Of a stretch of 64,000 nucleotides of DNA, positions 20,282 to 30,027 are shown one piece after another. The position numbers and the translations under genes are program-made. The notes under the pieces are model-generated. The model was not told the origin of the DNA. It did not search any database and saw only the letters and a list, made by a program, of their open reading frames with translations. This DNA comes from Blastocatellia bacterium (lineage in GTDB: Bacteria; Acidobacteriota; Blastocatellia; UBA7656). The first letter of the stretch is position 1, and every line of letters starts with the position of its first letter. The stretch lies in contig CAVXWP010000009.1 of assembly GCA_963765495.1 (NCBI GenBank), positions 576,001 to 640,000 on the forward strand, given 5' to 3'.

Positions 20282-21342
20282 GCAGAAGAGCCAAAAAGAG
20301 ACTCGACGGGCTGGGATTCGACGAATTCCGCCGCCAGATAAAAGAAGGCCGCATCTCGCCGCTCTACCTATTTGCGGGCGAAGAGACCTACTTTCAAGAA
20401 CGCGCCCTTCGCCTGCTTGTGGGGACGCTCGATGAGGCGGGCCGGGTATTCAATTACTCGATTTACTCGCTTGGCGGAGACACATCTTCCGGCCCGAAGG
20501 TAAGCGCCGCTGCGGCCCTTGACGGGGCCAATCAGTTTCCGATGATGTCGGCGCGGCGCATAGTCGTAATACGCGACTTCGACAAGATAAAAGAAGAAGA
20601 AAATGATCTGGTAATCGAATACCTCAAGCGGCCCGCGCCGACAGCGACGGTGGTCTTTCAGGCCACATCGCTCGATCAGCGCCGCAAGATCACAACCGCG
20701 CTGATGAAAGCCTGCACGCTTGTGGCCTTCAATCGCCTCAGCGATCAGCAGGCCCAGAGATGGGCCGAGCAGTATTTGAAGAACCGCCAGTGTCGAATCG
20801 AGCCTTCGGCTCTCGGGCATCTGATAGGTCTTGTCGGCACACGAATGTCGAGGCTTGTAAACGAACTTGATAAGCTCGCGGCCTATGCAAACGGCGGATT
20901 CATCAATAATACGGTGGTCGAAGAGCTTGTGCCGCGCGCCCGCGAGCATACCAGTTTCGAGTTGTGGGATGCCATAATCGCGCGCGACCGCAAACGCGCG
21001 ATCCGGCTTGCCGTGCGCCTGCTCGACGACGGCTCCGAGCCTCTTATGATAGTCGGGTCGCTTGCGGGTCTTTATCGCCGTCTGCTTGCCGCGAAAGAAT
21101 TGACCATGCGCGGAGCCCCTTCCGAAGAAGTTATGAAAGCCACGGGCCAGTACGGGTCGCGCGCCCGCGATTTCAGCGGGCGAGTCTTGCGAACATCACG
21201 CGAAGAGATTGCACACGGTCTGAGCCGCATCAGTCAGGTCGACAACGCGATAAAGAACTCGGAGGCCACGCCGCGATTGCAGATAGAATATCTTGTGGCC
21301 GAATTGACTTTGCCCGAAGGCGCTCGCTGGGCTATATTTTGA
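20278..21342 (+). CDS. holA: DNA polymerase III delta subunit
   Basis: PLYLFAGEE, FPMMSARRIVV, NELDKL, FELWDAI; follows lptE. Confidence 0.9.
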   Translation: MSRRAKKRLDGLGFDEFRRQIKEGRISPLYLFAGEETYFQERALRLLVGTLDEAGRVFNYSIYSLGGDTSSGPKVSAAAALDGANQFPMMSARRIVVIRDFDKIKEEENDLVIEYLKRPAPTATVVFQATSLDQRRKITTALMKACTLVAFNRLSDQQAQRWAEQYLKNRQCRIEPSALGHLIGLVGTRMSRLVNELDKLAAYANGGFINNTVVEELVPRAREHTSFELWDAIIARDRKRAIRLAVRLLDDGSEPLMIVGSLAGLYRRLLAAKELTMRGAPSEEVMKATGQYGSRARDFSGRVLRTSREEIAHGLSRISQVDNAIKNSEATPRLQIEYLVAELTLPEGARWAIF

Positions 21343-21436
21343 TTGAGTTTCGAGTTTTGAATTTTGAGTTTTGAATACCGCGTATCAACTGGTTAATTCA
21401 AAATTCAAAACTCAAAACTCAAAACTTAAATTTCAA
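21341..21436. repeat. TTTTGAG / CTCAAAA heptamer inverted tandem repeat
   Basis: GAGTTTTGAATTTTGAGTTTTGAA ... TTCAAAATTCAAAACTCAAAACTCAAAA; second copy at 41566-41630. Confidence 0.8.
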
Positions 21437-21449
21437 GCCGGAGGTTCAG

Positions 21450-22325
21450 ATGCCCATCTTTGCTCACGAAGAAAACCCGCTAAATAATCAAGAGTGGGAA
21501 AACATCAATAACATAGTGATTGATGTCGCCCGCAAGCGGCTGGTAGGCCGTCGCATAGTTGACCTTCACGGCCCGCTCGGCCCGGGGATTCAGACAATCG
21601 TGCACGATCATTTTTCCGGCACCACGATTGGCCGCATAGGGCTTCTCGGCGAAGAAGAGTCGGACCCGGTTCGTTCCGTGCGCCGCGAAAGCGGGATCAT
21701 ACCCCTGATCTACAAAGACTTCATACTGCACTGGCGAGACATAGAGACCGCCAGGCAATCGGGTACGCCGCTCGATACTTCTGCCGCCGCGGGCGCAGCC
21801 GCCTTCTGCGCCGACGCCGAAGACGATTTGATCTTTAACGGCAGCGAAGAGATGGGCTACGAAGGCTTGATGGTGGTCGAGGGGCGACAGACGCTAAGCA
21901 GGCGTGACTGGTCGGAGGCCGGGAATTCGTTTCAGGATGTAGTGGACGCGACTCAACTGCTCGTGCAGGCAGGCTATTATGGTCCATATGCGATGGTCGT
22001 CAGCCCGACGCTCTACACCAATATGCATCAGGTGCATCCGGGTACGGGCGTGCTTGAAATCGAGCATATTCGCCAGTTGATAACCGACGGAGTGTATCAA
22101 TCGCCGGTCATACAAGAAGGCTACGGGATGATAGTGGCTACGGGGGCGCAGAACTTCGATCTGGCCGTGGCGCAGGATTTGACAGTCGCCTATCTGGGCG
22201 CGGAGCACATGAACCATCCGTTTCGCGTATTCGAATCGGTTTATCTGAGGATCAAGCGGCACGGTTCGATCTGCACGCTTGAGCCGGGGACTACTACAGG
22301 CTCGTCGAAAAAGCGCGGCAAGTGA
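21450..22325 (+). CDS. Family 1 encapsulin shell protein (linocin M18 / Myxococcus EncA-like)
   Basis: ENPL...W...V...AR..LVGRR....GPLG.G, IPLIYKDFILHWRDIE, AEDDLIFNG, GYYGPYA, NFDLAVAQD motifs; RBS GGAGG. Confidence 0.9.
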   Translation: MPIFAHEENPLNNQEWENINNIVIDVARKRLVGRRIVDLHGPLGPGIQTIVHDHFSGTTIGRIGLLGEEESDPVRSVRRESGIIPLIYKDFILHWRDIETARQSGTPLDTSAAAGAAAFCADAEDDLIFNGSEEMGYEGLMVVEGRQTLSRRDWSEAGNSFQDVVDATQLLVQAGYYGPYAMVVSPTLYTNMHQVHPGTGVLEIEHIRQLITDGVYQSPVIQEGYGMIVATGAQNFDLAVAQDLTVAYLGAEHMNHPFRVFESVYLRIKRHGSICTLEPGTTTGSSKKRGK

Positions 22326-22328
22326 ATT

Positions 22329-22370
22329 AGGGATTTGAAATTTGAGATTCGAGATTTCAAAGCTCAGATG
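22329..22370. repeat. GATTTGA / TCTGAGA heptamer repeat
   Basis: GGATTTGAAATTTGAGATTCGAGATTTCAAA; related copy at 27680-27722. Confidence 0.65.
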
Positions 22371-22395
22371 TAAAAGACGACCAGCAAAATGCAGC

Positions 22396-22434
22396 AAAAG
22401 AAGAGGACGGCCGCTTTGGCCGTCCTCTTCTTTT
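22396..22434. terminator. Bidirectional intrinsic terminator between convergent encapsulin and rpsT
   Basis: AAAAGAAGAGGACGGCC-GCTTT-GGCCGTCCTCTTCTTTT perfect 17-bp stem. Confidence 0.85.
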
Positions 22435-22554
22435 AAGATGAGGTAATAATGCGGTTTTTCTGCCCTGAATCAGTCCGGCAAAACAACCGGAACGCGGCAA
22501 AAGAAGCCATCCAGGACAAGGCGCTTCCGCGCCTACATCTTCGGGACAATATTT

Positions 22555-22821
22555 TCAGGCCGACATCTGGTTGACGGTGCTTGTCAGACGCGATTTATAG
22601 CGAGCAGCCGCGTTACGATGCAATATGCCCTTTTGAATCGATTTGTCTATAAGCGAGACGGTCTCTGGAAGCAATACCTGCGCTTCCTCCCGATTGCCCG
22701 CCACGATGGCGGCCCGGAGCTTCTTCATCTGCGTACGTAACCTTGAGCGATTATGGGTATTGACCGCGTTGCGCCGCTCGGTCTGTCTCATGCGCTTTTC
22801 TGCCGACTTATGATTAGCCAT
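22555..22821 (-). CDS. rpsT: 30S ribosomal protein S20
   Basis: MANHKSAEKRMRQ...KGILHRNAAARYKSRL. Confidence 0.97.
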   Translation of the reverse strand: MANHKSAEKRMRQTERRNAVNTHNRSRLRTQMKKLRAAIVAGNREEAQVLLPETVSLIDKSIQKGILHRNAAARYKSRLTSTVNQMSA

Positions 22822-23262
22822 GCTTTTACTCTCTCCTCAATACAGCTAAGAAAATTCCAGTCAAAAAGACTTACAAGGATACCTGTGGACCCGATTTGCT
22901 GTCAAGTATCGTCCAGAGAACCAAACCGGGATCAGAAACAGAGACGGGATTGCCATCAACCGGAGGCAGTGGTAGAATCACGCCCTGTAAGCGCGGATTG
23001 AGTCATGCGCGCAGGCTCTGTTTGATCTAAACTACTATCGGGTAACGTATCCGGTTATATAGCAACGACCCTTTGATATATTCAGCAATTGGAGCGACGG
23101 CAAAGACAATAATCTGTCGAAAGCCGATGGCGCTTACATAAGGGTTGCAGGTATCGAAGGGTTGAAACCGGCAAAAGCGATTGGGTAAGGCAGGGGGCGC
23201 GGTGCGGCTCGCCGGACTGATCGGCTGAATCTGGCAGAGGTTAAGTGAGAGAGGAGTACGCC

Positions 23263-24966
23263 ATGAGAGACAGGAAATTATCGTTATTATTAATCGCAGT
23301 CATTGCGGTTTGCACAATTTCATATGCCTCAAAAGCAGATGCTCAAACGCGGGAGCCAAATGATACAAACAAACTCCACATGAGGGCAAAACCCGCCATC
23401 GTGCGTATCATTTCAGGCTACGTAGGTAAATGGACGTGGCGTGGCCGTCAGTGGGATACGCAGTCGCTATCGAGCGGGTCGGGCTTCATCATCAACCCGA
23501 ACGGCTACATAATGACGAATGCCCACGTTGTGAGCGACATCAAAGAGGGAGATCAATACGGTCAGCGAACCCTACTTTATCAACTGGCGGTTCAGGTGCT
23601 TCAGGCACTGAGCCAGCCCGTCAACGACCAGACCATAAATCAGGCCACGCAGATACTGGCCAATGAAGCCCAGCTTGGAGATTTCAAACGCATCAACCTC
23701 GTCTTTCTTCAAAGCGGCAGCCGCTATCCTTACGAGATCAAGGCATACGGCGCGCCGCTCGGCAATGCAAAAGACCTGGCCATCGGCAAAGATGTTTCCA
23801 TAATCAAAATAGAGATCAAGAATGCGCCGACGCTCAGGCTCGGCAATTCCGACATCGTGCAGGTAGGAGACCCGGTCTGGGTGCTCGGCTATCCCGGAGC
23901 GGCGGATTCCGACGCTCTTGATGAAAAATCGCAACTGGAACCGACCACAAACGACGGGAAAATCTCTGCCAAGAAGACCTCGGCAGACGGAGCTCCGATA
24001 CTGCAAACCAATGCCAACACTACGCACGGGAATTCCGGCGGGCCCGCCATAAATGAAAGAGGCGAGGTGATTGGAATCCTCACCTTCCGTGGCAACACGG
24101 TAAACGGGCAGGAGGTCCAGGGGTTTAACTTCATAGTGCCGATCAACACCGGGCAGGAGTTTGTCAGACAGGCGGGGACGGATAACTCGGAAAGCCTGAT
24201 CGACAAGAAATGGGTCGAGGGCCTTAATTACTACTGGAAACAGGAGTACAGCAACGCGGTGCAGGACTTCTCGGCGGTGCTGGCGCTCTATCCCGACCAC
24301 ACGGAAGCGGCGAAACTCATAAGCGACTCGCAGGAGCATATCGCAAAGGGAGAAGATCAGTCGGGGGCCGTATTCGGCGGCATAGTATTGCTTGTGCTTG
24401 GCGGAGGCTTTCTGCTGCTGGTCGGCGCAGGCGTGCTGGTACTTGTGCTTGTGATGCGGAAAAAGAAGGGTGGAGCGATGCCTGCTCCCGGAATGCAGCC
24501 GCAGTTCGCGCAGCCGCATTCGGATTTCTCTCAGCAAGGCTATGGAAGCCCTGTTCCCTCCCCGGCTCAACCGATGGGGATAGGGGCCGCTCCTGCCCCG
24601 GAGAGGACAGCGCCGCTTGGCAATCAGGCCAAGACCCAGGCGTTCAGTCCCCCGGCGCAGGCTACGGCAAAGCTGATCTGCTCGATAGGCCCGTTGCAGG
24701 GGCAGGAATTCAACATCGGACAGGGAATCTATATCGGGCGCGACGGGGCCAGGTCACAGATAGTTGTCCCGGACATTCAGGTATCGGGGCAGCACCTGTG
24801 GGTAGGCCCGGTCAACGGGCGAATCGTGGCGCAGGACAAAGGCTCGACCAACGGCACCTTTATCAATAACCAGATGGGTAATCGAATAACGGAGGTCGAG
24901 CTTAAAGATCGGGATGTGCTGACGCTTGGCGGTGAGGGCACCGTAAAATTTGTCTTTAAGGCTTAA
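23263..24966 (+). CDS. Membrane-anchored trypsin-like (S1) serine protease with TPR-like helix, TM, Pro-rich linker and cytoplasmic FHA domain
   Basis: GSGFII, TNAHVV, DVSIIKI, GNSGGP; TM followed by RKKK; FHA IGRD...VSGQH...DKGSTNGTFIN; RBS GAGGAG before ATG 23263. Confidence 0.85.
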   Translation: MRDRKLSLLLIAVIAVCTISYASKADAQTREPNDTNKLHMRAKPAIVRIISGYVGKWTWRGRQWDTQSLSSGSGFIINPNGYIMTNAHVVSDIKEGDQYGQRTLLYQLAVQVLQALSQPVNDQTINQATQILANEAQLGDFKRINLVFLQSGSRYPYEIKAYGAPLGNAKDLAIGKDVSIIKIEIKNAPTLRLGNSDIVQVGDPVWVLGYPGAADSDALDEKSQLEPTTNDGKISAKKTSADGAPILQTNANTTHGNSGGPAINERGEVIGILTFRGNTVNGQEVQGFNFIVPINTGQEFVRQAGTDNSESLIDKKWVEGLNYYWKQEYSNAVQDFSAVLALYPDHTEAAKLISDSQEHIAKGEDQSGAVFGGIVLLVLGGGFLLLVGAGVLVLVLVMRKKKGGAMPAPGMQPQFAQPHSDFSQQGYGSPVPSPAQPMGIGAAPAPERTAPLGNQAKTQAFSPPAQATAKLICSIGPLQGQEFNIGQGIYIGRDGARSQIVVPDIQVSGQHLWVGPVNGRIVAQDKGSTNGTFINNQMGNRITEVELKDRDVLTLGGEGTVKFVFKA

Positions 24967-25013
24967 AGACCTGTTTGATGATTCGCCGAACGAGCGCGCT
25001 CCGCTTAACGGCG

Positions 25014-25060
25014 GTTCACATTCGAGGCCGCGTGTTACGGAAGCGGCTTCGGATGTGAAT
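25014..25060 (+). terminator. Hairpin downstream of the protease-FHA gene
   Basis: TTCACATTCGAGGCCGC...GCGGCTTCGGATGTGAA stem; weak U-tract. Confidence 0.4.
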
Positions 25061-25199
25061 CAAAGTCCATGTCCTCAAAAATAGTCAGGAACACAATTCA
25101 CACCCCTTTGCCGGCATCAATCTTATTTGCATTCAGGCGATGACCTGAAAACCGGCCACAGGCGCTATCAAACTATAGGCTTCACAGCAGGTTAAAAGA

Positions 25200-26009
25200 G
25201 TGAAATACAAAACGGTCGTAAGCATGTTAAGCGACGTGGGCTGTCATCGAGAGGTGAACGAAGACTCTTACCTGCAGGTTCAGCCGGAAGACGCGAAACT
25301 GCTCAAGAAGAGGGGAGCGCTTTTTGTCGTAGCCGACGGGATGGGCGGACATTCGGCGGGCGAAATTGCAAGTCGAATGGCTGTCGATATCCTGAATCGC
25401 GAGTATTACGCGCTGCCGGGCGATGCGCAAGCGGCGCTTACGGCAGCTTTGTGTCAGGCAAACCGCGAAATATACGAGGCGGCGCTCAAGAATGAAGAGA
25501 TGCGCGGGATGGGCACAACCTGCACGGCGCTCGTGCTGCAAGACGACGCGGCCCTTTCCGCTCACGTAGGCGACAGCCGGCTCTACCTCATCCGTGGCAA
25601 TCAAATACACCTGATGACCGAAGATCATTCCTACGTCATGGAGCTTGTAAAGAAGGGGGTGTTGAGCAGTCAGGATGCGCGGCGGCACCCGGATAAGAAT
25701 ATCATTTTACGGGCGGTTGGAAGCCACTCCGAGGTGGAAGTTTCAACCTGGCAAGAACCTTTCCCTGTTCACGGTGGCGACACCTTCCTGTTGTGCTCGG
25801 ATGGCCTTTACGACCTTGTGGAAGATGAAGAGATCAGGAAAGCGGTCATCAGAGACGAACCTCGACAGGCCTCGGAAAATCTTGTCGAACTCGCAAAGGA
25901 ACGGGGCGGGCATGATAATATCACGGTTGGAATCGTAAAGGTGAAGCCGCAAAACAAGACGGGTTACATAAAGACTCGCCAGACCCGCGACACGGAGGCA
26001 AGAAAATGA
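25200..26009 (+). CDS. PP2C-type Ser/Thr phosphatase (Stp1/PrpC family)
   Basis: NEDS, VADGMGGH, GTT, HVGDSR, CSDGL, GGHDNIT. Confidence 0.92.
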   Translation: MKYKTVVSMLSDVGCHREVNEDSYLQVQPEDAKLLKKRGALFVVADGMGGHSAGEIASRMAVDILNREYYALPGDAQAALTAALCQANREIYEAALKNEEMRGMGTTCTALVLQDDAALSAHVGDSRLYLIRGNQIHLMTEDHSYVMELVKKGVLSSQDARRHPDKNIILRAVGSHSEVEVSTWQEPFPVHGGDTFLLCSDGLYDLVEDEEIRKAVIRDEPRQASENLVELAKERGGHDNITVGIVKVKPQNKTGYIKTRQTRDTEARK

Positions 26010-27670
26010 TCGGCAGTATGATAGGCCCTTATGAGATCACCGAAAGTATAGGCGAAGGCGGGATGGGAACGGTCTTCAGAGGGATTGACACGATGCTCGA
26101 ACGCGAGGTCGCCATCAAGATGTTGCGGCCTGAACTGGCCAGCCAGCCCCAGGTCGTGGAAAGATTTCGAACCGAAGCCATAACCCTCGCAAAACTCAAT
26201 CATCCTAATGTCGCTACCCTCTACAGCTTTCTGCGCCAGGGCGACGACTACTTCATGATCATGGAATTCGTGCGCGGGGAGACGCTCGACGAGATCATAA
26301 GAAAACACGGCGCTATGAGTTGTGAACGAGCCATATCGCTTTTTTGCCACGCTCTTGAAGGCATTGAGCACGCGCATAAAATGGGCGTCATCCACCGCGA
26401 CATAAAACCCGCCAATATGATGCTGACAAAGGAAGGCGTGCTAAAGGTCATGGACTTCGGAATAGCCCGCGTGCTGGGGTCCGCCCGCATGACCCGGCAC
26501 GGAAACATCATCGGAACCATCGAATATATGTCGCCCGAACAGGTGCGCGGCGAAGAGACCGATGCCCGCTCCGATATTTATTCCCTCGGCATTTTGCTTT
26601 ACGAAATGCTCACGGGTCGCATCCCTTTCGAAAGTAAAAGCGAATTTGAGTTGATGAGATCGCAGATAGAAGACGCGCCGGAACCTCCAACCACTTTTGC
26701 CGATCACATACCGCTTGAACTGGAGCAGGCCATCATGCGTTCGCTGGCCAAAATGCCCGATGCCCGGTTCCAGACCGCAAACGAATTTCGCGCACAACTG
26801 CTCAATACAATCTCTTCGGGGACCAATAAACTCAAGAGCGCAGAGATCACCTATGCCGCGCCCAAAACTCGTATACTCGAACCCCTGCCTCAGTCTGAAC
26901 CATTGCCGACTCCGCAGCCGCCACAGAGCACAACCTTTAAGACCCGGCTTGATGAACCCGTTATTGCGAGAACAAAATTAAACGAACCCGTAGCTACCGG
27001 CGGTGATGAAATCAAAGCGACTCGCCTGGATGCAACCGTCCCGCTCGGGCCCGAACAGACCGAACTCCTCGCGCCGCCTCAAGAAGTTCAAGAAGTAAAG
27101 GAAGCTCAACAAGAAGTTCAACCGGCTCAACCTTCTTCAAAAAAGAGACTAAACTGGATGCATTATACCGGGGCGGCTGTCATATTAATGCTACTCATAG
27201 GCGTACCGTTTGCGCTCATAACCGGGAAGAAACAGACCCCTATCGAAGTTCCTGCGGCGGTCGAGTCGTCTGACGCCGCACCCGAAGCTTCTGAATCGTC
27301 CGCTCCTCCGGCTGAAACCGGAACCAATCCCTCCGATACATCGAACGCGGTCGCGCCGAACGCGCAGCCCGATTCCGAATCCTCAGACAGGGATAACACA
27401 AAGGCTTCGCCAACTCATACCCCTCGAAGCGAAAAGGATGCGGAAGGCCCAAAAGCGAGCGAGACGCCGACTGCCGCCGCCGAGCGGCCTGCGCCCGAAC
27501 AGACTCAACCTAAAGAAGAGACCGCAGCCGCTCCAAAAAAGGCCGAGAAACCCGCTGAAGCGAATAAAGACAAGAAAGAGAAGAAGGGATTGTTCGGCAA
27601 GATTAAAGGGATTTTCGGGGGCGACGATAAGGCCGACGACAAAAAGAAGAAGCCAGAGAAAAAACCCTGA
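26006..27670 (+). CDS. Hanks-type Ser/Thr protein kinase with TM and low-complexity extracellular tail
   Basis: GEGGMG, VAIK, HRDIKPAN, DFG, YMSPE; 4-bp overlap with the PP2C gene. Confidence 0.92.
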   Translation: MIGSMIGPYEITESIGEGGMGTVFRGIDTMLEREVAIKMLRPELASQPQVVERFRTEAITLAKLNHPNVATLYSFLRQGDDYFMIMEFVRGETLDEIIRKHGAMSCERAISLFCHALEGIEHAHKMGVIHRDIKPANMMLTKEGVLKVMDFGIARVLGSARMTRHGNIIGTIEYMSPEQVRGEETDARSDIYSLGILLYEMLTGRIPFESKSEFELMRSQIEDAPEPPTTFADHIPLELEQAIMRSLAKMPDARFQTANEFRAQLLNTISSGTNKLKSAEITYAAPKTRILEPLPQSEPLPTPQPPQSTTFKTRLDEPVIARTKLNEPVATGGDEIKATRLDATVPLGPEQTELLAPPQEVQEVKEAQQEVQPAQPSSKKRLNWMHYTGAAVILMLLIGVPFALITGKKQTPIEVPAAVESSDAAPEASESSAPPAETGTNPSDTSNAVAPNAQPDSESSDRDNTKASPTHTPRSEKDAEGPKASETPTAAAERPAPEQTQPKEETAAAPKKAEKPAEANKDKKEKKGLFGKIKGIFGGDDKADDKKKKPEKKP

Positions 27671-27679
27671 CTACATCTA

Positions 27680-27722
27680 CCATCTGAGATCTGAGATTTC
27701 AAATCTCCAAATCTCAGATCAG
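27680..27722. repeat. TCTGAGA heptamer inverted repeat
   Basis: CATCTGAGATCTGAGATTTCAAATCTCCAAATCTCAGATC between convergent genes. Confidence 0.7.
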
Positions 27723-28933
27723 AGGGTAAAATCGAGCACAATAGGATCGTGATCTGAGAGCGCCCCCGCAGAATCGGCAAGATCATAAACTACGTGAGGG
27801 CGCAGGTCGGGATAAACTGAAATCCCACGGCCCGCGAACCAGTCGAGTTTGAACGAGCAACGACCGTCGCGCCCCTTAAGCGCCCAATAAATAAACTTGA
27901 AACACCATTGCGGCAGCCATTCTCCCATGTTTTTGTTGGCCGCCATATCCGCCACATCATAATGCAGAGTGCAGGCTCCCGGCTCATTCATATCGCGGTA
28001 GTTGTACCCGCGCCGTCTTAAATCCTTGAAAAGTCCCCGCTCAAACCAGCGATCAGGGTAAGGGTAGTGATTCTCGCTGACGTTGCGCACTCCCATTGCT
28101 ACGCGTCTGAAATAGCCCAGTATCGAAGTAAAAGCCCTCTGCGAATTATAAGTGGACGTGTTCCAATCGCCGCCTATCAGCACGGGCAGTTTTGGAGTGA
28201 GGCTATCGAGGTGATCGAGCATCAATCGCATCTGGCGCTTGCGATGGCGGAGGCTCGAATGCGCGTCGAGATGCAGGCTGACGGCCCGGAAACGCCCCCG
28301 TGGATGATCCACTTCGGCCACGACCGCGCGCTGGCAGCCAAGCCGCTTCTCTTCCCCCTTCATCTTGTCTTTGCCGTTTGGCAGCGCGATTGAATGCGCC
28401 TCGATCAGCGGGTAACGTGACAACAGGGCATTGCCGTGGAGCGCGAAAGTGTTATCTCCGTCGGCGAGCTTTTCAAGCCCGCACCCCTTTGTCAGGGCCA
28501 GATAGCAGGGCGCGAATACGTAATTAAGACCAAGCGCCCTGGCAATTTCGCGTGTGATGTTCAGGTTGCCCGTCCGTGCCATCCCATAGTCGAGTTCCGT
28601 CAGCAGTAACAGGTCGCTCCCCTTCATCGAAGGGTGTTTCTCAAGCGCGCCGATGATCGCGTCAAGGCGAATGCCACGCTCGATATTCCAGGCCGTAGCC
28701 CGAATCATCATTGAATTCTCCCGGTTGGACGAAGGCGTTCGGGCGAAATTTTCCTGAGCCATCGCGCCCAGAACCTTTTCGATTTCAGGTTTCAGGGTGG
28801 CATATACCAGGGATGCTTCCATCTCTCTGGTTGATTCAAATTGCGCGAGTTCGGCCAGGTAAGGCGACAACTCATGGTCGAGCGCAGAGGCTTCTTTTGC
28901 AGGATAGCTGATCATAGGTTCAAAGGGAGACAA
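27719..28933 (-). CDS. Endonuclease/exonuclease/phosphatase (EEP) family protein
   Basis: TAWNIERG, TELD, GNALLSRYP, HLD, GGDWN, LDW, SDHDPI motifs. Confidence 0.85.
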   Translation of the reverse strand: MSPFEPMISYPAKEASALDHELSPYLAELAQFESTREMEASLVYATLKPEIEKVLGAMAQENFARTPSSNRENSMMIRATAWNIERGIRLDAIIGALEKHPSMKGSDLLLLTELDYGMARTGNLNITREIARALGLNYVFAPCYLALTKGCGLEKLADGDNTFALHGNALLSRYPLIEAHSIALPNGKDKMKGEEKRLGCQRAVVAEVDHPRGRFRAVSLHLDAHSSLRHRKRQMRLMLDHLDSLTPKLPVLIGGDWNTSTYNSQRAFTSILGYFRRVAMGVRNVSENHYPYPDRWFERGLFKDLRRRGYNYRDMNEPGACTLHYDVADMAANKNMGEWLPQWCFKFIYWALKGRDGRCSFKLDWFAGRGISVYPDLRPHVVYDLADSAGALSDHDPIVLDFTL

Positions 28934-28992
28934 TCTACCGGATTGCCCTCCTCTCTTTCAAGCGCTTCTCGCGGGTGTAAGAAATCATGATA

Positions 28993-29060
28993 GCCACAGA
29001 GGCACCGCAGACACAGAAAAAAGAATATAAAAGCCTCTGTGTCTGCGGTGCCTCTGTGGC
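28993..29060. repeat. 25-bp perfect inverted repeat (CACAGAG family)
   Basis: GCCACAGAGGCACCGCAGACACAGA (28993-29017) and its reverse complement (29036-29060). Confidence 0.85.
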
Positions 29061-29123
29061 GGATTCTCTCCTTTTCTGATGAGAGGCTCGCGAGCATATT
29101 CCAATTCGATTACAATATTCAGC

Positions 29124-30023
29124 ATGTGGGTGAGCAGCCGCAAGAAATCCATAGCCTTCTTTATCACCCTGGGGTCGTGCCTGGTGGCGCTCACCGTGGC
29201 GCTCAATGTCGGCTGGGTTCTGCTCAACTGGCGCGAGGTCGCGCTGCTGATACTCGGGATCATTTTTTTCATCGCGATCATCAGCGGCCTTGTGCTAAAC
29301 ACCATATTTCTGGTTCGAGAGATTCGCCGCAACGAACAGCACGACGCCTTTATCAATGCCGTTACGCACGAATTGAAGACCCCGCTTGCATCCATAAGGC
29401 TCTATCTTGAAACCTTGAAGACCCGCGACGTGGACGACACACGAAGACGCGAGTTCTATGATGTGATGCTTGCCGATAGCGACCGGCTGCTTCATACGGT
29501 GGAGCAGGTGTTGAAGGCGGGACAGACGGGGCAGCGCCGCCGCCCGATAACTCGGTCAGTCATCAACCTGTGCGATCTCACACGCGAATCAATAGAGCTT
29601 GCCCGCACGCGGTATCACCTGCCCGATGGCGCGCTCATCTACAGCGAATCGCTCGACTCCGATCAGGTAAATATCCTTGGCGACGAGGATGAACTGCGCG
29701 CCGCCGTGTCGAACCTGATTGACAACGCTATAAAGTATTCCGATACGGTTGTGCAGATTTCGGTCAGCGTAGAAACCTCCGGCGATAAATACGTGACCGT
29801 CCGCGTCACAGACCGTGGCATAGGCATTCCACGCACTCAACTCAAACGGGTCTTCAAACGCTTCTATCGAGTGCCTGAACGCGTGCTGACACACGTGAAA
29901 GGCTCGGGGCTCGGGCTGTTTATCGTTCGTTCAGTGGTGAAAAGGCACGGAGGCCGCGCCTTTGCCGAAAGTGAAGGCGAAGGCAAAGGCAGCACGTTTA
30001 CGATTCAACTCCCGAGGACTTAA
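29124..30023 (+). CDS. Sensor histidine kinase (two TM, almost no periplasmic loop)
   Basis: THELKTPL H-box, NLIDNAIKYS, DRGIG, GSGLGL. Confidence 0.9.
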   Translation: MWVSSRKKSIAFFITLGSCLVALTVALNVGWVLLNWREVALLILGIIFFIAIISGLVLNTIFLVREIRRNEQHDAFINAVTHELKTPLASIRLYLETLKTRDVDDTRRREFYDVMLADSDRLLHTVEQVLKAGQTGQRRRPITRSVINLCDLTRESIELARTRYHLPDGALIYSESLDSDQVNILGDEDELRAAVSNLIDNAIKYSDTVVQISVSVETSGDKYVTVRVTDRGIGIPRTQLKRVFKRFYRVPERVLTHVKGSGLGLFIVRSVVKRHGGRAFAESEGEGKGSTFTIQLPRT

Positions 30024-30027
30024 AGCG

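Noticed and set aside
22822-23244. Possible tRNA or ncRNA between rpsT and the protease gene
   Set aside because: No cloverleaf, T-loop GTTCGA or other recognisable motif; consistent with a divergent promoter region
23572-24570. Long antisense ORFs (e.g. 23572..24570, 5003..5890, 12541..13338, 33939..34736, 45221..46048, 46449..47087)
   Set aside because: Shadows of well-supported genes on the opposite strand, common in GC-rich DNA; no motifs
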